DNA of 64,000 nt from Naegleria gruberi. Lineage: Eukaryota. The notes under the pieces were generated by a model. That model did not search any database and was not told the DNA's origin. It saw only the letters and a program-made list of their open reading frames with translations. The DNA is taken from NCBI GenBank assembly GCA_000004985.1, contig GG738852.1; one strand, given 5' to 3'. Made by a program: the position numbers and the translations under genes. Below, piece after piece: positions 21,315-32,964 of the stretch (its first letter is position 1; the number at the start of each line of letters is the position of its first letter).

Positions 21315-24113
21315 TTATTGTAAAAATTGAGAAATCCATTGACAAATATTGGCAGAGGCTAACCTGGCTTCTTTAGAATAATCAATCATATTCAGATAAC
21401 CATGACCAAGAGCATCATATAATTGGATCTTGACTCTACCTCCATTGTTTTTGGCAATACGTTTGGCCATATAAATTCCATCATCAAAGAGAGGATCCAA
21501 AGCACCCATATCAAAATAGGTTGGAGGGAACTTTTTCAACACTTCCTCGTCAATCATAGCAGGAGAAACGAATGGATTTTCAAAGGCATTATCAGAATCC
21601 TTACAGTAAAGCTCTCCACACAATCTCAAAAAGTTAATATTTACAAGTGGTTCAATAACAGAGATTTGACGTGAAGGTGAAGGTGAAAAATCAAGATATG
21701 TCACTGGATAACTCAAAACCAAAGCATCTGGTAATCTGATACCGTCTCTGATTGCTCTTTGAGCAACAGCCAAAGTCAAATTACCTCCAGCACTATCACC
21801 TGCTATAACAATTCGTTTCAGAGGTGCTCCTAATACCTTCTCGCAATTGGCTAATAGCCATTGATAGGCTGCATAACATTCCTCAATTTGAACCGGGAAT
21901 TTCTCTTGAGGAGATCTTCTATAATCTACAGAAATTATTGGAATGTGCATTTCAGAGCACCATCTTCTCAAGTAAATTTCATGACTGAAACTTTCCATGG
22001 CAATAAAACCACCACCATGAATGTGTAAAATGATAGAACCATCGAATGTATTCTTTCCTGCTTCTTCCTGTTTGGTTTTAATGGAATTAATGGCTTTCAT
22101 AATTTGTGAAAGGTATGGGAACTCTTGTTGCTGGCTTGTGATGTACTCTGGAGCTTCGCTGAGTGGTTTAGTTGATAAGAGTCTGAGCCCAATTTCTTGG
22201 AAGTTGTGATTCTTCATGGATTCCTCCATCGCACCATAGTAGAATTCCATGGCTGAACTTCCCTCTTTAACATCCTCAAATCCTTCCATATTTGGGTACA
22301 TATTTGTAGTAGAACTGTTAAACTCAATTGGTGTCTTGGTAGTATCTGTTTTTTCCTCTTCAGACAATTCATCTTCATCCTCAGAGTAGTAGACTTGTAA
22401 CTTTTCAGTTTGATCGTTTTCGTTATTATTACCAAATAGAATGATGGAACTGTTTTGTGGAGCCTCCTTAGAGACACTAACATATTCAAATTCATCACCA
22501 TCAATATCTAATCCAACACTATCAACAATTTTTCTATTTGGGAATGGTATATTAAACTTTTGACTTGTTTCAATGTAAGGATATCCTAAATAAGTAAAAG
22601 TCTTGATGAATTTGTTGTTATCTTGAATATTCCAAAACTCACTACTGGCAATTGGATTCTTATTAAATAAATCTACACAATTTTCGGCTGCAGTCTTTGG
22701 ATTCACCAAATAGTAAGCACTAGCTGCATAGAATATCAAATCTTTTTTCAACTTGCTTGGAATATCTTGAGTATGACCGAAACTAGCAGTTGCTTTTACA
22801 ATCAATGCCAAGAACCAGGCAACTTCAGAATCATAGAATGATCCAATATGCTCCATAAATGCAGATGGTTTTACATTTTTCAATTCTTCCATGTCCCCAA
22901 TTTTAATACTTTGAGAGAATGGAATGAATGAAGAGTTATTGGTATCAATCTTGTCAATTCTTTCCTGTAGAAGAGTATTTGAAACAGTAACCATAGTTTT
23001 TAAAACTTGGAATTTTTGTTGATAAATATCAAGCCACTTTTCATACTTTCCATCACTGACAGAGAAGAAGAATGATCCTCTATTTTTGATTACCTTATTG
23101 ATATCATTGATACATTCCTTGAAAGTGTAAATTATAACTAGAAAACATCCTCTGAAATGGAATGCAGAATCTATAAAATTAAGATCAAATGAGGCCATAT
23201 TTTTAGAATGAGAGGTACAATAAGTTTCTTCCAATTTCGATTGATTTGGATACCTATCATTTTTCAATAATTCTAGTTGGACTAGCTTGTTTTTCAATTG
23301 TTTTAAATATCCTTCAATTTCCTTTGAAAGTTCTAAAATGCATTTCAACAATAAATAAATATTGCCATTGGATAAATTATTTTCATATTTCTTTGCTTCT
23401 GAAAGGAATAGGCTCTTTGATGACATGACTATTTCCAAAGTATTATCAATCAATGTAAATCTATCTTCAGGTCCTTCAATAGAAAATAAACTATTCTGAT
23501 GATAGAAAATGTCCAAACCATACAAATCTTGATTTTCGGGTTGATATTTTAAAATTGGTTCTTCTTGATCGACTTGAGAAAATTTAGAAAAATCAACATT
23601 TTGCACATTATCGGTATCAAAGTAGGAAGAAGGTGACGAAGATGAAGTATTGGCAAATTGTTCTACCATAGATGATTGATCCGTTATTAATTTACCATCA
23701 TGATCGTTGCTATTCTCATTTACGAGAGGAACTTTTGGTGGTGAACTCATTTTTTCTATTGTTTGTTCGATATTACTTCTCTCTTCTATTGAGGATCTCT
23801 TGTGGTGTGAAGATTTTATTTTTGGGTGAATATTAGCTTTGATAATATTGTGATCTCCAAGCAATGAAGGAATCCATTTCAAAAATCGAAGGGATTTGGA
23901 AGCATGTTTATCCACAACGCTTTCAATATTTTCAGTATCTTGCGAATGATAAGATGATTCTAATTGAGAGGTTGAACGAGATCTTGTAGATGGAAGTACT
24001 GATAAATTTTTAGAATTACCAAGAGAAAGATGGGGAAGAAAGGTTCCGAAATGAAATCCAGGCATTTTGTAATGGAGAGTGGTTGAGTGATTTTTCAATA
24101 ATACTTTTTTCAT
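21315..24113 (-). CDS. Hormone-sensitive-lipase-like alpha/beta-hydrolase: large N-terminal region plus a C-terminal esterase domain
   Basis: Oxyanion 'HIHGGGF', nucleophile 'GDSAGGNL', and a C-terminal His 'LGHGY'. The first ATG downstream of the upstream gene's stop is at 24111-24113. The track ORF reaches 24347 only because the frame stays open into the neighbouring gene. Confidence 0.8.
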   Translation of the reverse strand: MKKVLLKNHSTTLHYKMPGFHFGTFLPHLSLGNSKNLSVLPSTRSRSTSQLESSYHSQDTENIESVVDKHASKSLRFLKWIPSLLGDHNIIKANIHPKIKSSHHKRSSIEERSNIEQTIEKMSSPPKVPLVNENSNDHDGKLITDQSSMVEQFANTSSSSPSSYFDTDNVQNVDFSKFSQVDQEEPILKYQPENQDLYGLDIFYHQNSLFSIEGPEDRFTLIDNTLEIVMSSKSLFLSEAKKYENNLSNGNIYLLLKCILELSKEIEGYLKQLKNKLVQLELLKNDRYPNQSKLEETYCTSHSKNMASFDLNFIDSAFHFRGCFLVIIYTFKECINDINKVIKNRGSFFFSVSDGKYEKWLDIYQQKFQVLKTMVTVSNTLLQERIDKIDTNNSSFIPFSQSIKIGDMEELKNVKPSAFMEHIGSFYDSEVAWFLALIVKATASFGHTQDIPSKLKKDLIFYAASAYYLVNPKTAAENCVDLFNKNPIASSEFWNIQDNNKFIKTFTYLGYPYIETSQKFNIPFPNRKIVDSVGLDIDGDEFEYVSVSKEAPQNSSIILFGNNNENDQTEKLQVYYSEDEDELSEEEKTDTTKTPIEFNSSTTNMYPNMEGFEDVKEGSSAMEFYYGAMEESMKNHNFQEIGLRLLSTKPLSEAPEYITSQQQEFPYLSQIMKAINSIKTKQEEAGKNTFDGSIILHIHGGGFIAMESFSHEIYLRRWCSEMHIPIISVDYRRSPQEKFPVQIEECYAAYQWLLANCEKVLGAPLKRIVIAGDSAGGNLTLAVAQRAIRDGIRLPDALVLSYPVTYLDFSPSPSRQISVIEPLVNINFLRLCGELYCKDSDNAFENPFVSPAMIDEEVLKKFPPTYFDMGALDPLFDDGIYMAKRIAKNNGGRVKIQLYDALGHGYLNMIDYSKEARLASANICQWISQFLQ

Positions 24114-24177
24114 TTTTGTGGTTTCAAAAAGAAAAGATATTAGAATGGAAATAACACAAAATGTAACAATACGAATT

Positions 24178-25587
24178 TTATTTGAAGGAATCGTAAAACT
24201 CTTCTTCGACATTGAAGAAATCCATATCTCCATCTTCTTGCTCTGGTTTTCCACTGAAGATTGATTCCTGGTAGGTATCATCACTATCAAGACGGAAAAT
24301 GTTTTCCACCAGTAAGGGCTGCTTCTCTTTACTTTGATATTCATCATCTATTACTAATTCTTCCTCATGCTCTGGAATCTTTTGACTTTTGATTTGCTTT
24401 GAATTATCATTCCTTCTCAATTCTTCCACCTCATGTTTTAATGTTTCATTTTCTCGAGTAAATTCATGGTTTATCTTTCTCAGTTTAGAGTTGATTTCTA
24501 TTAATTTCTTTCCCTCAGTCTTTAATAGATTATTTTGTTTGACCTGATCCTCCAATTGACGATACAATCCTTGAAACATTAGATTGGAGTAATAGAAGGA
24601 TGGATCCCAAAGCTGGTGTTGAAAGTTTACAGGTATTTGGGTGTTATCTGTAGTAATTGGTGGAGGTATTAAACTTTCAACATTCGAGCTTGTAAGTGGA
24701 GTTTGTTGATTCAAAAGGGCAATCATTGATTCCTGTGAAAGTGCAGATGGGTCATCTGTGGTATATGCCTCACTGGTTGCAAATGGCAGAGCTGCTTCCA
24801 TATCTTCGTCTGTTGTGCTTGCAGCAGCAGCAGTAGCAAATGATGTTGTTTTTTCTAAATCATTTGCAAGAGCTTGATAACTTTCCCTCTCAAAAGAACT
24901 GATTTCACCAAACGAAGACGATGCCAATCCACTTGGGCTAGCTTGAGTTTTTTTCGTAGATTCTTGTTGATCCTCTTCCTTTCGTTTCCTCTTCTTCTTT
25001 CCGTCGACACTTTCTGTGCTATTCTCTTTAGATGAAGAGCTACCCTTCACATTACTCAACACTGGAAATCCCTTCATTGACATGTAGAGATCAACCTTGG
25101 TATCGCTATAATTTGTGAAAGCTAATAGGATTTTAAAATCGCCTGTTCTCTCCTCACCATCACACAAGTAACTCTTCTGACAAAAACATTGGGACTGATA
25201 GCAAGTTCCCTTCTTCTCCAACTTGGACATGGTTGTGACTTTTCTCATCTTATCAAAGAAAGCAAACGAATAAATGCCAGGATAATTGGTACCATCAATT
25301 CCATCAATCAAAAAAGCCTTTCGGGAAAAATTGGTTGCACTCAATCTACATTCTATTGTATTTCTATCTTTAGGGTTTAATACATTGTGCTGTTGGAGAA
25401 AGCCATCAAGAATTGTTTTTAATTTTACAATTGTGCCATGTACTTCATCCGATGTTATTTTACTCTTTGATTTGGTAATGACTTGTTCATTCAGTTGTGC
25501 AAGATTTTCTGCGGTTAGAGTGAGCGGTCTATTGTCTCCACTGTCATCAACCAACAACTGATAAAAAGTCTCACTATAATTGGCCAT
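24178..25587 (-). CDS. Hypothetical protein with a C-terminal coiled-coil/leucine-zipper-like region
   Basis: ATGs at 25585-25587 (MANYSETF) and further upstream at 25795-25797. The segment between them translates to low-quality sequence and is partly duplicated at 26071-26158, so the downstream ATG is preferred. Confidence 0.55.
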   Translation of the reverse strand: MANYSETFYQLLVDDSGDNRPLTLTAENLAQLNEQVITKSKSKITSDEVHGTIVKLKTILDGFLQQHNVLNPKDRNTIECRLSATNFSRKAFLIDGIDGTNYPGIYSFAFFDKMRKVTTMSKLEKKGTCYQSQCFCQKSYLCDGEERTGDFKILLAFTNYSDTKVDLYMSMKGFPVLSNVKGSSSSKENSTESVDGKKKRKRKEEDQQESTKKTQASPSGLASSSFGEISSFERESYQALANDLEKTTSFATAAAASTTDEDMEAALPFATSEAYTTDDPSALSQESMIALLNQQTPLTSSNVESLIPPPITTDNTQIPVNFQHQLWDPSFYYSNLMFQGLYRQLEDQVKQNNLLKTEGKKLIEINSKLRKINHEFTRENETLKHEVEELRRNDNSKQIKSQKIPEHEEELVIDDEYQSKEKQPLLVENIFRLDSDDTYQESIFSGKPEQEDGDMDFFNVEEEFYDSFK

Positions 25588-25602
25588 TTTTTCTTGTTGA
25601 TT

Positions 25603-25690
25603 TGATTCGGAGAACAAACATATTAGTTTACTTGTGTTGAAACACAACCTTTCTTGTTGCAATACACAAGTTGGAATTTGGCAATAATTA
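25603..25690. repeat. ~88-bp segment immediately 5' of the MANYSE start. It is duplicated as a direct repeat at 26071-26158.
   Basis: Direct comparison: 'ggagaacaaac[a/g]tatta[g/a]tttacttgt[g/a]ttgaaacacaa[c/t]ctttcttgttgcaatacacaagttggaatttgg'. Confidence 0.7.
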
Positions 25691-26070
25691 TCATAGTAGT
25701 ATGAGCATAGATATAAGAATAATTGTGGCTTGCTGAAATACTGAAAGTCACTTGAATTCAATTTTCGGAAGGAAAATGCTCTATCTGATTCTTTCATTAG
25801 TTCATCATCATTTAATAATTAATGGGCTATTTTCGGATTGTGATTGGAATGAACGTCTTTAACAAAATTTAGGAAAATAATTGGAAAATTATATGTGGAT
25901 TAGAACAATTAAATTTGGATTTTTGAATATTTAATTTAATAACGTTTATTTTAACAATACCTGGAAAGATATGTAAGCTTGTTGCCAACTCGGAGTCTAC
26001 TAAGATCACTAAACTGTTACATTTTCAAATTGCTTATATAATCAACATATTCCTACTTGATCAAAATCGA

Positions 26071-26158
26071 GACACAACAATGGAGAACAAACGTATTAAT
26101 TTACTTGTATTGAAACACAATCTTTCTTGTTGCAATACACAAGTTGGAATTTGGATTC
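26071..26158. repeat. Second, intergenic copy of the 5'-proximal repeat
   Basis: See 25603-25690. Confidence 0.7.
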
Positions 26159-26408
26159 TATAATGTGCTGACAGGTTGGAGAAATATTTTTGATTTCCAC
26201 TATCCCCTTAAGAATGTAATGGCTTTCGTATTTGAATAATATTTTAGGTTTTGTGATTTATTGTAGATTCCTACTCTTTCTCAAGTATCGTTGAAAAAAA
26301 AGTGTAAATGAATCATTCCTTGAGAGTCAAGGCTTAATTTCCTGACAATCATAATCTTCTTCTCACTAACAATATGAGCTATTAATGAGTATTCAATAGG
26401 AATGAGAT

Positions 26409-27074
26409 TTACTTTCTGTCTAAAATTGTTGCAACACCAGGCAATTCCCACTTCTTTTCTAACCATACTTTCTTAATGTACATGTAGAAAAAGTCAGCAT
26501 ACAATACAGTTTGAATCAATCCGGCTAACCAAGCATTATAAGGTGAATAACCTTCACCAAAATATCTATAAACCCAATTCAAAATGTAAAAGACACGATA
26601 TCCTCCCAAAGTGAAAACATAATGTGAAGTAATAGCTTCAGCTCCTCCTTTCTTTGTCAATAAGAATAATTGTGGCATGATGGCAAGACTTTCTAAAAAG
26701 ATACTAAAAGTCCACAATAATTCGAATACAGAATAATCATCAGTAAAGATAATACCCAAAATAATAGAAGGAACAATGAGGAAATAAAGTGGGAATGTAT
26801 CACTTTGTGTATCATAGGTTGCACGATATTTAGTTCTCATCAAGTAAACAATAGCAATAGATGAAGCAAGGAAGAAAATCTTCATAAGAGTATTATAAAG
26901 AGAAATGAAGGAAGTAAATAAATCAATTCCGTATCTACAAATAAAAACAATAACATATAAAAATTGTGTTCTTAAAGACACTCCAGCACAATTTTTCAAC
27001 ATGATCATCTTGTAGAGAAGTAAGCAAATTGATCCAAGGTGAAGAAAATCACCAAATAAACGGAAAATATTCAT
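26409..27074 (-). CDS. KDELR: ER lumen protein-retaining receptor (KDEL receptor, ERD2)
   Basis: ATG at 27072-27074. Near-collinear with the KDELR consensus: 'MNIFRLFGDFLHLGSICLLLYK', 'CAGVSLRTQ', 'YNTLMKIFFL', 'LWTFSIFLESLAIMPQLFLL', 'GGAEAITSHYVFTLGGYRVFYILNWVYRY'. Confidence 0.92.
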   Translation of the reverse strand: MNIFRLFGDFLHLGSICLLLYKMIMLKNCAGVSLRTQFLYVIVFICRYGIDLFTSFISLYNTLMKIFFLASSIAIVYLMRTKYRATYDTQSDTFPLYFLIVPSIILGIIFTDDYSVFELLWTFSIFLESLAIMPQLFLLTKKGGAEAITSHYVFTLGGYRVFYILNWVYRYFGEGYSPYNAWLAGLIQTVLYADFFYMYIKKVWLEKKWELPGVATILDRK

Positions 27075-27339
27075 CTTCTTGTCCTCCGATTAAATAATTT
27101 TTTTTTAAAATAAATAAGCTGCAAAAAGTACAATAACGTAATGCCACGTATTTGGCTCTTTGAACTTTCATACGTCTGACTATGCTTGCTATTGTAGTAC
27201 TATTATAAATTCTCTTTCCATTCAATATACATCATCATCAGGTAGGAAAAGAGGAATTTCTTCTTTCACAAGTTGAAAATGAATTTATAGTTCGACCGCG
27301 CCAAAATTTGAAAAAGAAAAAAAAGAAAATTAAAATTTG

Positions 27340-28485
27340 ATGATCATGGCCAATAAATCAGCGAGCAAGAAGAAGGCAGAAAAGAGTGAAGCTGATGCCC
27401 TACCATCAGATAATCACCTACCAGCAGAAGACTATCTTGTAAAATTTATTAATTTTAAACCAAATGAGAAAGGAGAAGTTAAATTACCTCCAAATTCGAG
27501 TTATCTGAGAAAGAGTAAAAGGCTTGCTAAACTTTTGGAAGAAAATTCGTGGAAATTAGTGGAGAGTGATCGTCTCAATTCTAAAAAACATGTGTATAAT
27601 AAGAGTCAATTTGTAGAGAGTGCATCTATTGATGAAATTGTCAAATTGTCATCTAGTCAATCAACTTTAAATATTGGTGCCACGAGCAATTCGAAGAGTT
27701 CACAAAAATCATCATCAAAATCATCATCTTCAAAATCTTCGTCATCGACAACAACCAAGAGAAAGGCTCCAGCCACTAAATCATCATCAAAATCATCAAA
27801 AAAGAAAAAGAAGGAAGAATCTGAAGAAGAAATTGATTATGAGAGTGACGATTCGAGTGAGGAGGATATTATTTTAGAGGATAGTGACGAAGATGAAGAA
27901 GTAAAACCAAAAGTTTACAATACCAGAAGTAGAAAAGGTGCTGCTACCACCACAACAGCTGCAACAAGTAAACCAACAACAACGAGCACTGGATCAAAGA
28001 GTTCAGAATCCAAAGAAGAAAAGCCCACTAAATCAAAGAGCTCAGAATCATCCTCTTTGAATAAAACCGAAACCAAATCCAAGACAAAAACCGAAACCAA
28101 AACTATTTCCAAACCAACAGGAAAGACAACAACAGCTTCAACAAAAACTATTGATTCATTCTTTAAGGCAGCACCAAAGAAGAAACAGGAAGAGGAACCA
28201 GTAGTAAATGAAAAAAGTGAGGAAGAAGAGGAAGAAAAGAAAACAACCCCAAGAAAATTCAATAGAGTTGGTCGATCTGCCACCACTCCAGAGAAATCAT
28301 CACCATCTACAAATACCAAGACCACTACTACATCTCAAGAGCCTACCAAAAAGATTGAGCCTACCAGGACAGAAAATGGAAAGATTGATTTTTCTCAATT
28401 CATGAATACCAACACTAATGTTTCCCAATCTCCATTCTCTCCTTCAAAAAATTTGACAAACAAACGAGTTGCATCAACCAAGTAA
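27340..28485 (+). CDS. Hypothetical Lys/Ser/Thr/Glu-rich low-complexity (probably nuclear) protein
   Basis: The first true ATG is at 27340. The track start at 27337 is TTG. Acidic DEE-rich stretch and K/S runs. Confidence 0.5.
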   Translation: MIMANKSASKKKAEKSEADALPSDNHLPAEDYLVKFINFKPNEKGEVKLPPNSSYLRKSKRLAKLLEENSWKLVESDRLNSKKHVYNKSQFVESASIDEIVKLSSSQSTLNIGATSNSKSSQKSSSKSSSSKSSSSTTTKRKAPATKSSSKSSKKKKKEESEEEIDYESDDSSEEDIILEDSDEDEEVKPKVYNTRSRKGAATTTTAATSKPTTTSTGSKSSESKEEKPTKSKSSESSSLNKTETKSKTKTETKTISKPTGKTTTASTKTIDSFFKAAPKKKQEEEPVVNEKSEEEEEEKKTTPRKFNRVGRSATTPEKSSPSTNTKTTTTSQEPTKKIEPTRTENGKIDFSQFMNTNTNVSQSPFSPSKNLTNKRVASTK

Positions 28486-28775
28486 ATTAATTTATTTTCA
28501 TTTCAAATCTTAATCTTATCAAAAACAACCACTTGTCAACAAGACTCAGTCCACAGAGACTGTGAGTGACAGCAAAATGAATTGAAATAAACCAAGATTA
28601 TTGTTAAATGAAGGTATGCAATTCAGGTACACCAACAATCAAATCGTGTTCAGAAAGTTTTCAAAATTTTATTGGGTAGGCAAGTTCGTAAGAACAATCA
28701 AAAATTAGAGGGAATTCGCATTAAGGGGTCTATAGGGTTTTAAATCTAGGTTGTGAGTTTGAGAATTTAATTCAT

Positions 28776-30494
28776 TTAGAACATTCCACCTCCCATTCCT
28801 CCCATACCTCCCATACCGCCCATTGGTGGCATATCAGAGTCCTTCTTTGGAGTCAAAACAACCATAGCTTCAGTGGTGGTCATGAGGGAAGCAACAGAGG
28901 CAGCATCGACCAAAGCAGTCTTGACGACCTTAGTTGGATCAATAATACCTTGTTCGAACATGTTAACAAAGACTCCCTTAGAAGCATCGAAACCTTGGGT
29001 TGGTTCAGTATAACCCAAAACACGTTCAGAAATGACAGCACCTTCCAAACCAGCATTTTGAGCAATCATCTTGAGTGGCATACGGATAGCATTTTGAACA
29101 ATCTTGACACCAACCTTTTGATCTTCAACAGTCAATTCGGAAATCAACTTGTCCAAAGTCTTGGAGGCAAAAGTCAAAGCAGTACCACCACCAGCGACAA
29201 TACCTTCAGCAACAGCAGCCTTAGTGGCGTTCAAAGCATCAGTAACACGATCCTTCTTTTCACCAACTTCAACTTCTGAGGAACCACCAATCTTCAACAA
29301 GGCAACACCACCAGACAATTTACCTAATCTTTCTCTGAACTTTTCAGCTTCGAATGAAGAAACATCAGCTCTTTGCAATTGTTCACGAATAGCGTCACAT
29401 CTTTCAGCAATAGCTTCCTTAGCACCAGAACCATTCATAATGACAGTTTCATCCTTAGTGATGGTAATCTTTTCAGCACTACCATACCATTCAATTTCTG
29501 GATTTTCAATCTTCATACCCAAATCCTTGCTGACCAAAGTAGCACCAGTCAAAACAGCAATATCTTGCAAATTGTTCTTTCTATTGTCACCGAAACCTGG
29601 AGCCTTGACAGCACAAACTTGAGAACCAGCCTTGATTCTGTTCAAAATCAAAGTGTTCAAAGCTTCACCTTCAACATCTTCAGCAATAATCAACAATGGT
29701 CTCTTATTGTTGAGGGCATATTGCAATGGCTTGATAATATCAACAATTGATGAAATCTTTGAATCATAAACCAAAATAACTGGCTTTTCCAAAACACAAG
29801 TTTGAGTCTTTGTTTCAGTCATAAAGTATGGAGAAATGTATCCTCTATCAAATCTCATACCTTCAACAACTTCCAAAACGTTATCCATAGTATGACCATC
29901 TTCAACAGTGATGACACCTTCTTGACCAACTTTTTCCATAGCATTGGCAATCAATTCACCAATATCTCTATCACCGTTAGCAGAAATAGTAGCAACTTGA
30001 GTAATTTCTTCCTTTGATGTAATTTCCTTGGTTTGTTTCTTTAAACTTTCAATAACTTGCTTGACAGCCAAATCAATACCTCTCTTCAAATCCATTGGAT
30101 TCATACCAGAAGCAGCAGCCTTACAACCTTCAGAGAAGATACCATAAGTAAGAACAGTAGCAGTGGTAGTACCATCACCAGCAGCATCGTTGGCCTTTGA
30201 GGCAACATCTTTAATGAGTTGAGCACCGAGATTTTCCATATTATCTTCCAATTCAATGTGTTTAGCAACAGTAACACCATCCTTGGTGATCTTTGGTGAA
30301 CCATATGATTGTTGCAAGACAACATTTCTACCCTTTGGACCGAGAGTGGTAGCAACAGCCTTGTAGAGTTTTTCAACACCAGCCAAGAGCTTTCTTCTAC
30401 CAGCATCAGCGTAGAAAATATCCTTGCTAACATTTCTTTGTTGGTTGTTCAACAATTGAATGACTGCTCTATGATTGATTCTTCTATTCAACAT
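28776..30494 (-). CDS. HSP60: Mitochondrial chaperonin Hsp60 (GroEL homolog) with a presequence and a C-terminal GGM repeat
   Basis: True ATG at 30492-30494 ([11 protein letters not shown]..., presequence-like). The track's upstream extension begins at a TTG. '[11 protein letters not shown]', 'GGGTAL', terminal '[17 protein letters not shown]'. Confidence 0.95.
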   Translation of the reverse strand: MLNRRINHRAVIQLLNNQQRNVSKDIFYADAGRRKLLAGVEKLYKAVATTLGPKGRNVVLQQSYGSPKITKDGVTVAKHIELEDNMENLGAQLIKDVASKANDAAGDGTTTATVLTYGIFSEGCKAAASGMNPMDLKRGIDLAVKQVIESLKKQTKEITSKEEITQVATISANGDRDIGELIANAMEKVGQEGVITVEDGHTMDNVLEVVEGMRFDRGYISPYFMTETKTQTCVLEKPVILVYDSKISSIVDIIKPLQYALNNKRPLLIIAEDVEGEALNTLILNRIKAGSQVCAVKAPGFGDNRKNNLQDIAVLTGATLVSKDLGMKIENPEIEWYGSAEKITITKDETVIMNGSGAKEAIAERCDAIREQLQRADVSSFEAEKFRERLGKLSGGVALLKIGGSSEVEVGEKKDRVTDALNATKAAVAEGIVAGGGTALTFASKTLDKLISELTVEDQKVGVKIVQNAIRMPLKMIAQNAGLEGAVISERVLGYTEPTQGFDASKGVFVNMFEQGIIDPTKVVKTALVDAASVASLMTTTEAMVVLTPKKDSDMPPMGGMGGMGGMGGGMF

Positions 30495-31357
30495 TGTGAG
30501 GATGTATGTGTTTGTTGTTGTGTTATTTTTTGTGTGGTTTTTTGCGTTTTTCAATTGATTGATAAAAAGCTTGTGGAATGCGTTGTTGTTCAATCAAAAT
30601 TTGAAGTCACCCAAGCAAGCAAGGAATGAAAATTGTTTTAAATCCGATAAACTCAACCATGGCGAAACGATTCCGATAATTAATTTAATTGCATTGTTAA
30701 TATTTGTTAGTAATGCAAGAGTGGAAGTAAAATGTTTATTGATCATTAATATTTTAATGAATGGGTAACAAGGTACATAAAAGCACTTTGGCTTGCAAAT
30801 AAATGACGGAATTTCGTAAATTCCATTTCTTCCGATAAATTACAAAATTAAAAATGAAATAGCCGTTACACAGTGCTCGGAATTGGTATTGGCTTACAGT
30901 CATAAACACATTACCATTAACTTATGGTTTTGACATACCAAACATTATTAGAATCAAAACAGCCAACCTCATCAACTACAAAAAGTCCTCAGAAATATAT
31001 AATAGTTTGGAACAACTCAAAGGAAGAAACTTTACGATAATGTTGCTGAACTTATAGCATAGCAATCCCATGAAGAGGCTTCCAAAATCCAAAGCTTCAA
31101 TCAACACTGTAGTACGAAATCTCCATACATATTCTTCAAAACTATGATGGACCAATTGCTTCAGATTACAATATCAACAATTAATCAAAAACACCAACTA
31201 AATATTCAACTTAACAAAGTCAAATAAAAATATTAAAATAAATAATTAATTGAATGAAAGAATAATAATATATTGAATAATTAATTTAATTCCATTATTA
31301 TTATTCAAAATTTTAATATAAATTATTAATAATATTTAAAAAATTTGTCATAAAAAA

Positions 31358-32611
31358 ATGCCATCAAAACCCATAATTCTTTCCGATGAGGATTTGGCAC
31401 ACCCAGAACTTTCAAATTATGAAGTAAATGATATTTCTGCTTTGGAATTTGAAGTTGTGGCAAAATGTGGTCCAAAGGCTCGTGTTGGTAAATTAAAATT
31501 ACCACATCACATGGCAAATACACCAATTTTCATGCCTGTCGGTACTCAAGGAACAGTGAAAGGATTAACTTGCAAACAATTAGAAGACCTAGGATGTGAA
31601 ATTATTCTCGGAAATACATATCACTTGGGTTTAAGACCTGGACCACAAATTTTAGAAGATGCTGGAGGTCTTCACAAATTTATGAATTGGAAGAGGAATA
31701 TTCTTACTGATAGTGGAGGTTTTCAAATGGTTTCCTTGTTGGATTTGGCCGATATTACAGAAGAAGGTGTCACTTTCCAATCTCCTCATGATGGTTCACA
31801 AATGTTATTAACACCTGAACAATCCATGTCTATTCAAAATAATATTGGAGGTGATATTATGATGGCACTTGATGATGTTATTAGTACTGTTTCGACAGAT
31901 ATGCAACGATTTGAAGAAGCCACATGGAGAACTCTAAGATGGATTGACAGATGTATCAAAAGTCACAAAAGACCAACTCAACAAAATTTGTTTGGTATTG
32001 TTCAAGGAGGATTGGATGAGAGATTGAGAAAGATTTGTTTGGATGGTTTGATTAAAAGAAATTTACCTGGTTATGCTATTGGTGGATTGAGTGGAGGTGA
32101 GGAAAAGGATAAATTTTGGCGTGTGGTTTCACTTTGTACAGATTATTTACCTGAAAATAAGCCACGTTATTGTATGGGTGTTGGTTATCCAGAAGATTTA
32201 GTTGTTTGTGTTGCATTGGGTGTTGACATGTTTGATTGTGTCTACCCAAGTAGAACTGCAAGATTTGGTACAGCCCTAGTTCATGATGGTGGTACTATGA
32301 AAGTTAAATCAAATGCATACAGAGATGACTTTACCTCTCTTGATCCTCAATTGGAAGAGTCATGCATGGTTGATGAATGCTATACGAGATCATTCTTACA
32401 CAATTTGTGCAAGGTTGAACAAACTGGTTCTCAACTTCTTACCTATCACAATATTGCATTCCAAATGCACTTGATGAAACATGTGAGAGAGTCCATTGTT
32501 GATGGTTCATTCGAAAAGTTTGTCAAGGACTTTATGTTCAACTATTTCCCAAAACAAAAATACCCAGAATGGATTGTTAACGCCCTCTCATCTGTTGGAA
32601 TTAACTTATAA
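31358..32611 (+). CDS. QTRT1: Queuine tRNA-ribosyltransferase catalytic subunit
   Basis: ATG at 31358. TGT motifs: 'TDSGGFQMVSL', 'LFGIVQGG', 'GYAIGGLSGGE', 'YCMGVGYPEDLV', 'DMFDCVYPSRTARFG'. Zn site 'CMVDECYTRSFLHNLC...YHN'. Confidence 0.9.
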   Translation: MPSKPIILSDEDLAHPELSNYEVNDISALEFEVVAKCGPKARVGKLKLPHHMANTPIFMPVGTQGTVKGLTCKQLEDLGCEIILGNTYHLGLRPGPQILEDAGGLHKFMNWKRNILTDSGGFQMVSLLDLADITEEGVTFQSPHDGSQMLLTPEQSMSIQNNIGGDIMMALDDVISTVSTDMQRFEEATWRTLRWIDRCIKSHKRPTQQNLFGIVQGGLDERLRKICLDGLIKRNLPGYAIGGLSGGEEKDKFWRVVSLCTDYLPENKPRYCMGVGYPEDLVVCVALGVDMFDCVYPSRTARFGTALVHDGGTMKVKSNAYRDDFTSLDPQLEESCMVDECYTRSFLHNLCKVEQTGSQLLTYHNIAFQMHLMKHVRESIVDGSFEKFVKDFMFNYFPKQKYPEWIVNALSSVGINL

Positions 32612-32964
32612 ACACTTTGCTACTATTTTACAATCTGTATCCTTGACAATATGACCAACACGCTGCAAAGCCACAGAAGACTGTGAACTTGTATGACTCA
32701 TGAGGTTGTGCAAAAAACCCGCAAGTTCAAATCATCTGAACCTTACTGTAATTTCAACAAAAAAAACAACCAATAACGCATCCTTAATTTAATTCGAGTC
32801 TAGGCAGCATTTGAACTAACAACTGTCTCAAAACAACATTTTATTAAGAATCTATAACTGTTTTCACAACATTATACGACCACTCCTCTTTAAAAGTGAA
32901 GAGTAAGAATCCATCGGAAGCCTCATCATCTGGGGTCTCACTAACTGATAGTCAATCCATTGCC

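Noticed and set aside
21315-24347. Fusion of the lipase gene with the upstream gene 24178..25797 into one giant ORF
   Set aside because: The two are in different frames. The upstream gene ends in a clean TAA at 24178-24180 and the lipase frame has its own ATG at 24113. The 234-nt overlap of open frames is coincidental or regulatory, not a single CDS.
25588-25797. Upstream ATG (25797) as the start of gene 24178..25587
   Set aside because: The 70 extra codons translate to Cys/Tyr/Leu-rich non-protein-like sequence that overlaps a duplicated non-coding repeat. The downstream ATG at 25587 is preferred, but the upstream start cannot be excluded.
30495-30593. N-terminal extensions given by the ORF track (Hsp60 to 30593, lipase to 24347, 20013-gene to 21167, 27337, 32896, 49806, 50435 and 62102 starts)
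   Set aside because: In these cases the track's first 'M' is a TTG or GTG codon. Starts were moved to the first true ATG, or the extension was flagged as unresolved.
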